Shown here one piece after another: positions 1 to 7,263 of a stretch of 49,795 bases of DNA. The position numbers and the translations under genes were made by a program. This DNA comes from a virus (lineage: Duplodnaviria > Caudoviricetes). The stretch covers positions 1 through 49,795 of the IMG/VR virus record IMGVR_UViG_3300035675_000010. One strand, written 5' to 3'. A model generated the notes under the pieces. The model made no database searches, had not been told where the DNA came from, and was given only the letters and a program-made list of their open reading frames with translations. How positions within the stretch are numbered: the first letter of the stretch is position 1; each line of letters opens with the position of its first letter.

Positions 1-127
1 CCCCGCAAATACCCGGGGTAAACACCCCAAAAAACCAATAGCCCCCCTAGGCCAGATACCCCGTCCCGGGCCTATCCCAAAAACCCCAGCCAAACGTCAC
101 GGTTAGAACGGGACTTTTGTTACGGGA
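1..127. repeat. Exact 127-bp terminal repeat, copy 1 (circular contig overlap)
   Basis: 1..127 is identical to 49669..49795; 127 is a common assembler k-mer length. Confidence 0.95.
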
Positions 128-145
128 AAGGGCCAAGGGTCTGCT

Positions 146-184
146 ATACAATATAGTTATCCTTAGAAAGGAGGATTTTTACTC
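146..184 (+). promoter_or_regulatory. Early promoter/leader cassette P1 (-10 TACAAT, leader TATCCTTAGAAAGGAGGAT)
   Basis: Same leader as P2-P4; -35 not clearly recognisable. Confidence 0.6.
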
Positions 185-520
185 ATGACTCAAACAAGCA
201 AGTCCCTAAGTATCCGTAAGGCGGCCGATTTCCTAGAGGTTTCAGAAATGTACCTCCGAAAGCAGATCAAACTCGGCAAGATTCAAACCACGAAGGTCGC
301 GATTTCGGACCACGTTTGGCGACATGAAATAAGTTCCGCCGAATTGGCCGCTTTCAAGAATCGCTCATCTGTGCGAACTTCGCGCGATGATGGCCGGAAT
401 AAGTTTGTGGTTTATATGAATGCCACCGAATTAGCCAAGGTTCAGCAAGTATTGAAGGAGGCGAAATTGGACCAGGTTGCGGCGCTTATCGCGCGCGCTA
501 ACCCCTCCAAAGGCGAGTAA
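185..520 (+). CDS. Xis/MerR-like HTH DNA-binding protein, paralog 1
   Basis: LSIRKAADFLEVSEMYLRKQIKLGKI fits the HTH_17/excisionase pattern; strong RBS; close paralog at 1172. Confidence 0.8.
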   Translation: MTQTSKSLSIRKAADFLEVSEMYLRKQIKLGKIQTTKVAISDHVWRHEISSAELAAFKNRSSVRTSRDDGRNKFVVYMNATELAKVQQVLKEAKLDQVAALIARANPSKGE

Positions 521-546
521 TTAGCCCAAGCAAGGCCAATTGAATA

Positions 547-579
547 GCCCCGGGCCGCTCACCCCGGGGCACTTTTTTT
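547..579 (+). terminator. Intrinsic terminator
   Basis: GCCCCGGG/CCCGGGGC stem followed by T7. Confidence 0.85.
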
Positions 580-659
580 GCTCCAAAGCCCCCCTTTTTC
601 CGCACCATTGGGGGGTTTATTTTTCCCGGGGCCGGGGGTATCCCATCCTATCCCCTTCC

Positions 660-893
660 GGGGTCCCCCCTACTCTCGCGGTGGACGGTGCCATATAGGG
701 CCTGCCACGGACTTCCCACTTTGTTCCCCTCCGGGGTCCCCCTTCCGTCTCTCGGCGGGGGCCGTCCATTGAGCCCTGCCACAGGGGACCCGCCTTGGCC
801 GGTGTCCGGGTCGCCCCTCCCGAAGGGCCTCCGGGGGTCCCCCCTGTCCTCTCGCAGGACACTCCGCATATAGAGGCCTGCCGCGGGGGTCCC
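660..893. repeat. Three degenerate ~55-60 bp GC-rich repeats (fourth copy ~1824-1878)
   Basis: Shared GGGGTCCCC..CTCTCG..GGAC..CATATAG..GGCCTGCC(A/G)C skeleton at ~660, ~733, ~833. Confidence 0.5.
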
Positions 894-1079
894 GTTTTGC
901 GCCTCCGATTGGGGGTACTGCACCCGGGGCTCACCTCCCTACGGTCACCCCGCACCGAAAAAAGCATCGTGCTGGCTGCCCCCCTCAGGCTCCTCCTCTC
1001 CCCGTTCCGCCACATATAGAATATCTAAGCCTCCTCTCCTTCCAGCCTCCGCCACCGGTCCCGGTGCCTACGGGATTAT

Positions 1080-1171
1080 CGTACGCCGCCAATTTGGTCC
1101 TTTTGCCACGGTTGCAAGATTCATGGGGTTCATGGTATAATTTAGTTACCCTTAGAAAGGAGGGCACAACC
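1080..1171 (+). promoter_or_regulatory. Early promoter cassette P2
   Basis: CGTACGCCGCCAATTTG upstream box, TTGCAA-18-TATAAT, leader CCCTTAGAAAGGAGGG. Confidence 0.85.
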
Positions 1172-1540
1172 ATGACTACCGAAAGTAATGCCTCAAGCTC
1201 CACCCCCACCAAAACCTCCTACACGCTGCGTCAAGCTGCAGCCAAGTTAGAGGTATCCGAGATGTATCTTCGAAAGATGGTAAAGCTCGGCAAGATTGCA
1301 ACCGCGAAGGTTCAGATCACTGAGAACGTCTGGCGCCACGAGATCTCCGAGGCCGACCTGAGTGCCTTCAAGGCTCGCACCAGCAACCGCAGCTCACGGA
1401 ACGATGGCCGCAACAAATTCGTCGTGTACCTCAGCCATCCTGAGGAAGCACAGCTCCGCGCCCAGCTGAAGGCCCTGAAGATGACCGACGTCGAGAAACT
1501 CCTGACCCGCGCCAACCCCGGCAAGACTGAGAAGGCCTAA
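1172..1540 (+). CDS. Xis/MerR-like HTH DNA-binding protein, paralog 2
   Basis: Start moved to the ATG after the RBS; LEVSEMYLRK..KLGKI and DGRNKFVVY are shared with 185..520. Confidence 0.8.
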   Translation: MTTESNASSSTPTKTSYTLRQAAAKLEVSEMYLRKMVKLGKIATAKVQITENVWRHEISEADLSAFKARTSNRSSRNDGRNKFVVYLSHPEEAQLRAQLKALKMTDVEKLLTRANPGKTEKA

Positions 1541-1542
1541 CC

Positions 1543-1704
1543 ATGTTCAACGATCACAAGAACTACCGCCACTACGTACGACCTCCAGTTGACGCCCGCA
1601 AGAGGGCCCTTCAGGACCGACGCCTCACATACGAGGCATGGCTCGAGATGATCCTCATCGTGGTAGTTGCCGCGCTGGTGTACGTCATCCTAGTCGGACC
1701 GTAG
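1543..1704 (+). CDS. 53-aa small membrane protein (not in ORF track)
   Basis: MFNDHKNY...EMILIVVVAALVYVILVGP; basic N-terminus, C-terminal TM helix, triple TAG stop. Confidence 0.6.
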   Translation: MFNDHKNYRHYVRPPVDARKRALQDRRLTYEAWLEMILIVVVAALVYVILVGP

Positions 1705-1727
1705 TAGTAGCAGCACACAACTGAATA

Positions 1728-1758
1728 GCCCCCGACCGACCATCGGGGGCAAATTTTT
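1728..1758 (+). terminator. Intrinsic terminator
   Basis: GCCCCCGA/TCGGGGGC stem plus T-rich tail. Confidence 0.8.
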
Positions 1759-1926
1759 GTTCCTGTTGGGGGTACCGCTCCGATGACTCCACCAGTCCCG
1801 CATAGGCTCCAAAAAGACTCCTAGGGGTACCCGACTGTCCTCTCTCTGCGGACGGCGTATATTAAGCTCTGCTAAGCCTTCCGCATCTTGTCATCTTTGT
1901 CCTCTGACCCCTGCCGAACTCGTTGT

Positions 1927-2015
1927 CGTACGCTGCGAATTTGCTCCACCACGGACTCTTGCAAAAACCCCGTTTTTAGGTTATAATTGTAGTATCCTTA
2001 GAAAGGAGGATGTAT
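1927..2015 (+). promoter_or_regulatory. Early promoter cassette P3
   Basis: CGTACGCTGCGAATTTGCT box, TTGCAA-17-TATAAT, leader TATCCTTAGAAAGGAGGAT. Confidence 0.88.
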
Positions 2016-2225
2016 ATGTCAACAGACAAGTCAGAAAGTCAAGTACGTGAACGGATTGCTGAAGGCCTGCAAGATAGGCTAATCGATGCTTCGGAAGACT
2101 TATTAGCGGCCGTCGACTATCATATGCACGTCAGATACGACCGCAAGCAGTTGTTCGAAGCGATGCGCCTTGTCATCGAAATCGAAGACCTAACCGAGCA
2201 TCTACAGCAGTATAAAGAATCCTAA
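2016..2225 (+). CDS. Hypothetical early protein (helical)
   Basis: ORF behind P3; second ATG has the proper RBS spacing. Confidence 0.7.
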   Translation: MSTDKSESQVRERIAEGLQDRLIDASEDLLAAVDYHMHVRYDRKQLFEAMRLVIEIEDLTEHLQQYKES

Positions 2226-2234
2226 GTTGTCTGC

Positions 2235-2270
2235 TAGTCGAGCCTTTGGCTACGGTCGAAGGCTCGACTA
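2235..2270. terminator. Strong hairpin between early cassettes
   Basis: TAGTCGAGCCTT/AAGGCTCGACTA perfect 12-bp stem; no U tail. Confidence 0.5.
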
Positions 2271-2271
2271 C

Positions 2272-2361
2272 CGTACGCTGCGAATTTGCTTGCCTGGCGT
2301 ATCTTGACAAATTCCTTGGGTTCGTGTTATAATTGAAGTATCCTTAGAAAGGAGGATAAGT
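2272..2361 (+). promoter_or_regulatory. Early promoter cassette P4
   Basis: CGTACGCTGCGAATTTGCT box, TTGACA-18-TATAAT with TGn extension, leader TATCCTTAGAAAGGAGGATA. Confidence 0.9.
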
Positions 2362-2895
2362 ATGGAAGACCATATTGTGTATGGAATGGTGTCCAATCCT
2401 GTTGCTGATTGTCACATTGTGCGAGACCGCAAAGGCTACAGGTATGAACACGACGGCCTGCTACTCGATGACGGTGCAATACGACCCACACGGCCGCCAA
2501 GAGTAGCATCATTGATGGCTGTGTATGTCCGCGTTGGACCACGTGTACCGTTCACTCTAAAGCAGGCACGAGAGTACAACTACGAAGCCGGTCGCCACTA
2601 TCACGCAATGAGTTACTATGGTTGGGGCTCTGTTTACCCTGCCGAACTCAAGCTTGAAGTGCTCCGCGACCACTGGGTGATCATCAACACTAACGACAAC
2701 TTCTCGAGTGCGGCACGCTGGCATCTAAAGATCGTCTTGCTGGACTACACACTCACGGTCGAGAAGGTGGAGCGTGGTGTCTACATGTTCCACAAAACGA
2801 CCAACATCGAAGCGTTCCCTAATCTGGATACGCTCGCTGACTTCTACGATAGGTACTGCGCTAAGTTCGCAAGGGAAGGAGTGGGGTGGTCATGA
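2362..2895 (+). CDS. Hypothetical early protein
   Basis: 177-aa ORF directly behind P4. Confidence 0.75.
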   Translation: MEDHIVYGMVSNPVADCHIVRDRKGYRYEHDGLLLDDGAIRPTRPPRVASLMAVYVRVGPRVPFTLKQAREYNYEAGRHYHAMSYYGWGSVYPAELKLEVLRDHWVIINTNDNFSSAARWHLKIVLLDYTLTVEKVERGVYMFHKTTNIEAFPNLDTLADFYDRYCAKFAREGVGWS

Positions 2896-3095
2896 TCGAC
2901 AATCGAATCAATCCAGGTGACCGTGTAAAGATCGTTGGTCAGGACGGGTGGCCAGTAAAGACTGGAGCAGTCCTGACGAGTCACAACTATGGTACTCTCG
3001 AGAACCCTGATTGGTACATCGAGATGACTGACGACCGAACTGGGTACGTGTACTGGAAGCAGTCCATTGATGGCGGAAAGGTGGAGAGACTATGA
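2892..3095 (+). CDS. Small SH3/KOW-like beta protein
   Basis: INPGDRVKIVG motif; ATGA overlap with upstream stop. Confidence 0.6.
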   Translation: MIDNRINPGDRVKIVGQDGWPVKTGAVLTSHNYGTLENPDWYIEMTDDRTGYVYWKQSIDGGKVERL

Positions 3096-3316
3096 ATCAC
3101 ATCGCCTGCAAGCGAACCCGAAAGCCCCTGACGGACGAAGATATCAACGAACTAGTCGTCCAAGCGACACTCTTGTTGTTGGGTGCGGCTCATAAGGTCC
3201 CGCCGGACCTCTACAAGATTGTCGAAGAGCGTAACCTCGGTACAACCATCCTCATCCGGGCGGAAAAGACTGGCGACAGACAGCTCCTGGATGATGCCAT
3301 AGCCCAATGGGGCTAA
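3092..3316 (+). CDS. Hypothetical protein
   Basis: ATGA-coupled ORF with GGAG RBS. Confidence 0.65.
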   Translation: MNHIACKRTRKPLTDEDINELVVQATLLLLGAAHKVPPDLYKIVEERNLGTTILIRAEKTGDRQLLDDAIAQWG

Positions 3317-3343
3317 CTAACCTCTCTCTAGAAAGGAGAACCC

Positions 3344-3565
3344 ATGTCATTCAATAAGGCACTACTTGATTTTGCTCATAAGTACGGACCCAAAGTTGGC
3401 ACTTCTGAGTACGCAGCATTCATGAACGATCTCAGAGTGGTCGTAGTCGAGGCACAACGCCATTTTCGCTACGAGCAGGTCACCGGGCAGTTCACAGACG
3501 GCGGTGGAGATAAGTTCCTCTCCTTGTGCCGCACTCACAACATCGATCCCATGAAGGAGGCATAA
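3344..3565 (+). CDS. Hypothetical protein
   Basis: CTAGAAAGGAG RBS. Confidence 0.7.
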   Translation: MSFNKALLDFAHKYGPKVGTSEYAAFMNDLRVVVVEAQRHFRYEQVTGQFTDGGGDKFLSLCRTHNIDPMKEA

Positions 3566-3566
3566 C

Positions 3567-4103
3567 GTGAACCAAGATAAGGAGCTCTACGTCGACGCAG
3601 GTCCCGACGGTAAGTGGACTGCATGGACATTCCGTGATAGCAACCTGGTCCAGTTCACTGGCAACAGGCGGCAGCATCTTACCAAATCAACAATGGAACG
3701 TATCGCGCAGCTAACGTACAGCGCGGATAAGCTCAGCGTCCAGCTACTGTCTCCCACAAACGGCCATACTATCTTCGTCGTATCGGACTGGCTAATCGCT
3801 GTACGCAAGGCAGCTGAACAGGAGCCAAGCCCAAAGGCACCTACCCAGGGCCTGTGCAATGACGAGGTTGAGAGGCTAATAACCGACGACGAGTGTCTCG
3901 CATTGACAGTGTCAATCGGTCTTGCACGTGGCGAAGAAGGGTTCACGATCGCAGAGGTACTCAAGATTGTGGAGTGGGCCGAAGGAGTGCGCTTCGCAGA
4001 CGCTCTACTTGAAGCAGTGATTGAGGGAGCTGTACTCGTGAGCGTTGATAAGAAGGGCGAGTTGATATACTTGCCAGGAGAGGATCCAGATGGCATTCAA
4101 TAA
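3567..4103 (+). CDS. Hypothetical protein
   Basis: AAGGAGG RBS, GTG start, operon packing. Confidence 0.7.
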   Translation: MNQDKELYVDAGPDGKWTAWTFRDSNLVQFTGNRRQHLTKSTMERIAQLTYSADKLSVQLLSPTNGHTIFVVSDWLIAVRKAAEQEPSPKAPTQGLCNDEVERLITDDECLALTVSIGLARGEEGFTIAEVLKIVEWAEGVRFADALLEAVIEGAVLVSVDKKGELIYLPGEDPDGIQ

Positions 4104-4317
4104 TAGGCTAGCTCAGGTCGATGGCTTGCAAGTCTGTACTGTCACTGCTCTCATTGAGCGTGACGCACATGGCGGTATGCGTGTGCTCAAGGTACTTGCT
4201 GACGGTATCCCCGTTGGACGAACATACGGTGGGGTAAACGTTGATCATTGGGTTGCTACCTTCGCAGCGAAGCAACTCATCATAACCGTAGAGGAGGTCG
4301 AAGATGAGTCTGACTAA
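4090..4317 (+). CDS. Hypothetical protein
   Basis: Overlapping operon ORF with RBS. Confidence 0.65.
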   Translation: MAFNNRLAQVDGLQVCTVTALIERDAHGGMRVLKVLADGIPVGRTYGGVNVDHWVATFAAKQLIITVEEVEDESD

Positions 4318-4825
4318 TGGTGAAGTCCTTTATGGGCTTCGAAACCTAGCAACGGGAGATGGCGAAGAGGAACGCATTGCGGATGTGACCTCTGAAGTCT
4401 CTCAGAAGGTGCATGACCTAGTTGCTAAGGGTCAGCACGTCCTGGCTTATCGAGTTGCTATTCGGGAGTCAGGAATCAAGGTGCATGAGCACGAATGCAT
4501 GGAATGGGCTGAGTGGTGGCTTGAACCGGATACCGATCCTGAGGAGCTAGCTGGCGACATGTACAAACAGTACCTCTCTATCAACAGACCCGATGGCCAG
4601 TCTTTGTCTCATCACGTGATCGATGACATTGAGTACCTGTTCGTGGTTGACGAAGGCTTCTCGGCCGGCTGGCGTGAGCAGATAGAGGAACGATGGTCTG
4701 CAACTTATCATGGACCATTCTATATCTATCCTACTAACGACCCTGTAATAACTCTACTTTCAAATGCTCCGATGTCTGAAGATCAAAGGTACGCTGCGGA
4801 GCATCCTGAAAACCCGAAGATGTAA
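4304..4825 (+). CDS. Hypothetical acidic protein
   Basis: GAGGAGG RBS; 173 aa. Confidence 0.7.
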   Translation: MSLTNGEVLYGLRNLATGDGEEERIADVTSEVSQKVHDLVAKGQHVLAYRVAIRESGIKVHEHECMEWAEWWLEPDTDPEELAGDMYKQYLSINRPDGQSLSHHVIDDIEYLFVVDEGFSAGWREQIEERWSATYHGPFYIYPTNDPVITLLSNAPMSEDQRYAAEHPENPKM

Positions 4826-4835
4826 GGAGGATGCA

Positions 4836-5063
4836 ATGGCTGAACCCACAAAGAAGGCACCCGCCATCCGTGAGATGCTTGACGACATGAGCAAGATTAT
4901 CACTGGGCGTTCGGCAAGTGAGTCAATCAAGAGTGACACCTGCGTACGATGTAACAAGCCGGTCGCCGATTCGGAGTTCGTTGATGAGTGCTCCAAACGT
5001 GAGTACCGCATCAGCGGTCTCTGCCAGGCTTGCCAGGATGAGATCTTCGGCGGGATGTCCTAA
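4836..5063 (+). CDS. Small zinc-finger protein
   Basis: CVRC...EYRISGLCQACQD; start moved to the ATG after AAGGAGG. Confidence 0.7.
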   Translation: MAEPTKKAPAIREMLDDMSKIITGRSASESIKSDTCVRCNKPVADSEFVDECSKREYRISGLCQACQDEIFGGMS

Positions 5064-5080
5064 TAGTCACGAGACTCCAA

Positions 5081-5163
5081 CACTGCTAATTTGCTCTGTT
5101 GGGGTCTCTTGACAAAAACTATGGGTATATGTTATAATTGTATCATAATGAAGGAAGGTGCAC
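5081..5163 (+). promoter_or_regulatory. Promoter P5
   Basis: CTGCTAATTTGCT variant box, TTGACA(5109)-18-TATAAT(5133) with TGn extension. Confidence 0.85.
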
Positions 5164-5403
5164 ATGACGGATGAGCGTACAGAGTCCACATCAATACCGT
5201 ATCCTGTCAAGAAGTACGATGGTGGTATGGCGTATTGCGTTTGTTGTCGCGGTACGTTTAGTGCCGACAAAACCATTTTCGGCGTCTCACCTTATTTCCC
5301 GCTAGTACCGCCTGACCACTTCTGTAAAGAGTGTGCGAAGGCGTTGGACGTGACAGGCTATGAATGGCCTACACCACGTACCGCTAGTCATCCATGTGGA
5401 TGA
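5164..5403 (+). CDS. Small zinc-finger protein
   Basis: CVCC...CKEC motifs; behind P5. Confidence 0.6.
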   Translation: MTDERTESTSIPYPVKKYDGGMAYCVCCRGTFSADKTIFGVSPYFPLVPPDHFCKECAKALDVTGYEWPTPRTASHPCG

Positions 5404-5426
5404 ACTTTCATAGAAAGGAGGATAAC

Positions 5427-5687
5427 ATGGAACCGAAGGCAGTATCAAGGATGATCAAAGTCAATCGCGAGTTGACCATCAAAACAGAGCCCTTCAGGAA
5501 GCAGTGGTACCTGGCAGCTCGTTACATGTGGACAACTCCGGACGGTGAACTGGCCTACGACCGCAACGGTATCAACATGCCGCTCGATGTCGCTGAGGAA
5601 GTGATCCGTAATATGGTGGAAGTATTGAACGAAGCCACCGGAACTAACTTTGCCCTGGTTGAATCCAAGGCCGACGCGGAGGAGTAA
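5427..5687 (+). CDS. PC4/YdbC-like ssDNA-binding protein
   Basis: EPFRKQWYLAARYMW...RNGINMPLD resembles the PC4 fold; TAGAAAGGAGG RBS. Confidence 0.55.
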   Translation: MEPKAVSRMIKVNRELTIKTEPFRKQWYLAARYMWTTPDGELAYDRNGINMPLDVAEEVIRNMVEVLNEATGTNFALVESKADAEE

Positions 5688-5908
5688 TGGTGCAACCTTC
5701 TGCACTCATACAATGTATGAAGCCCGCTAAGCATCAAGATAATCGGTGGGCACCCAAGTACTACGTTGGTCGCGTGTATCTTGTATGGCAACATTGTGAG
5801 CTTGAGCTGCACGGACGATATGCTACGTGTACCGAAGCACAGATATACACTGCACATGTAGTCGAGCGCTTCCTTCGTATGTACATCCCAAAGGATTCTA
5901 GCCAATGA
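5687..5908 (+). CDS. Hypothetical protein
   Basis: TAATG coupling with upstream gene. Confidence 0.5.
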   Translation: MVQPSALIQCMKPAKHQDNRWAPKYYVGRVYLVWQHCELELHGRYATCTEAQIYTAHVVERFLRMYIPKDSSQ

Positions 5909-5923
5909 CCGGCAAGAATCTTT

Positions 5924-5982
5924 CTCACGAAACGTTCACGTTCCTTTCACGTTGTTTTCACGTTGTGAGCGTATCATATAAT
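5924..5982 (+). promoter_or_regulatory. Promoter with four 11-bp-phased (C/T)TCACG direct repeats and TATAAT
   Basis: Repeats start at 5924, 5935, 5946 and 5957; TATAAT at 5977; no canonical -35. Confidence 0.7.
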
Positions 5983-6026
5983 CATCGTAAGCACGTCCAA
6001 ACCCAATTCTACAGGAGAGTATTACA

Positions 6027-6449
6027 ATGGCATTCCCTAATATCGATTATCCCGATCCCATGAATCTTCGTCTGGCCGCGTTGTTCATCGACGTAAGCGA
6101 GATGCGGATCCGCGCCCTGCTTCGTGAGGGTAAAATCAAAGCCTCCAAAGACGCTGAGGGCCGCTGGTCAGTTACCAAAGCCGATCTGAACGCCTACGCC
6201 GCAACCAAAGGCACTCGCAAAGCCACCGGCGAACGCGCCGAAGGCAAAGCATGGATCATTCACGTCAAAGCCGTCAACGCCAAAGACGTTCAGGCAGCCC
6301 TGGACAAGTTTGGCATCAAGCTGGAACCTCGGTACGACTACGAGAAGCAGAAGGCTTACCGGACTGAGCGCGCCAAGAAAATCTCCGCCGCCAAGAAAGC
6401 CGCTGCGACCGCCCCGAAGCCTGTCGAACCCAAGGCACCGGCGAAGTAG
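6027..6449 (+). CDS. Xis/MerR-like HTH protein, paralog 3, with Lys/Ala/Pro-rich tail
   Basis: MNLRLAALFIDVSEMRIRALLREGKIKASK..GRWSV; tail AKKAAATAPKP. Confidence 0.8.
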   Translation: MAFPNIDYPDPMNLRLAALFIDVSEMRIRALLREGKIKASKDAEGRWSVTKADLNAYAATKGTRKATGERAEGKAWIIHVKAVNAKDVQAALDKFGIKLEPRYDYEKQKAYRTERAKKISAAKKAAATAPKPVEPKAPAK

Positions 6450-6479
6450 TAGCACCCTAACAACTGAATACTTGTACCC

Positions 6480-6623
6480 GCGAGAGGGAGCGAGATGCTT
6501 CCTCTCGCTATCACTTGCAAGTACGTTCTCAGTGATAACGGCATCACTATCGATTGCCCGCGTCACTTCAGGTTACCATACCTGACTCCTTTCTAGCGTA
6601 CTTGCAAGTAGTAGCGGGAGGAA
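6480..6623 (+). ncRNA. Candidate structured RNA (27-bp stem enclosing an anti-RBS sequence)
   Basis: 6499-6525 pairs with 6597-6623 (24 WC, 2 G-U, 1 mismatch); inner hairpins; CTCCTTTCTAG at 6586-6596. Confidence 0.55.
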
Positions 6624-6649
6624 TACCCCGCGGGAAAGGAGGCTAAAGG

Positions 6650-7129
6650 ATGCGAGTCCTAGGGATCGACCCCGGTGAGACCACCGGACTTGTTGAAGCA
6701 CGATTCGACGATGACGGTTTCCATGTTGTTCATGCAGTTGATGTGACATGGGAAAACCGGTTCAGTCTCATGTACTATCTTTACTGCGGTACACCCCGTC
6801 AGGGGCTACTGATCGAACCTCCGGACATCGTCATCGTTGAATCGTTCCGCCTATACGCCCATACTGCACACAGCCAAATACGAAGTGACTTCCCTTCAGT
6901 TCGCATTATAGGGATGGTTGAAGCTTTCCTTTATAACTACCCCTGCAAGATTCCGTGCGAGCACAGTGAGATAGTCTTTCAACCTGCATCAAGCATTGCT
7001 CTGGTTGCCATCGAGAAGGAACACGGTATGGTTCTTGGTTCGGCACACATGATCGATGCCTATAAACATGTACGCTACTTCTATATAACGCAATGGAGGT
7101 CCGGTAAATGGATAAAGCGCGCACACTAA
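6650..7129 (+). CDS. RuvC-like Holliday junction resolvase
   Basis: MRVLGIDPGETTG, IVIVESF and HMIDA acidic motifs of the RNase H fold. Confidence 0.8.
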   Translation: MRVLGIDPGETTGLVEARFDDDGFHVVHAVDVTWENRFSLMYYLYCGTPRQGLLIEPPDIVIVESFRLYAHTAHSQIRSDFPSVRIIGMVEAFLYNYPCKIPCEHSEIVFQPASSIALVAIEKEHGMVLGSAHMIDAYKHVRYFYITQWRSGKWIKRAH

Positions 7130-7263
7130 TTGTCACCGCGACAGCTTGGTTATCGTTCTTGGCTAACTTGTGGTTGGTCTTCTTCAACGTTCTCAATCCA
7201 TGGACGCTGATAGCATCAGCCTTATTAGTCATTATAGCCTTCGGATTCGCAGCGGTGAAATGA
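7108..7263 (+). CDS. 51-aa two-TM membrane protein (not in ORF track)
   Basis: MDKARTLIVTATAWLSFLANLWLVFF...LLVIIAFGFAAVK; GGAGGT RBS; ATGA overlap with helicase. Confidence 0.65.
   Translation: MDKARTLIVTATAWLSFLANLWLVFFNVLNPWTLIASALLVIIAFGFAAVK

Noticed and set aside
578-1019. Several overlapping Pro/Gly/Arg-rich ORFs on both strands
   Set aside because: Products of GC-rich low-complexity DNA lying between a terminator and the next promoter; no RBS
6168-6566. Minus-strand 132-aa ORF
   Set aside because: Antisense shadow of HTH3; the nearby minus-strand RBS leads only to ATG GTA ACC TGA
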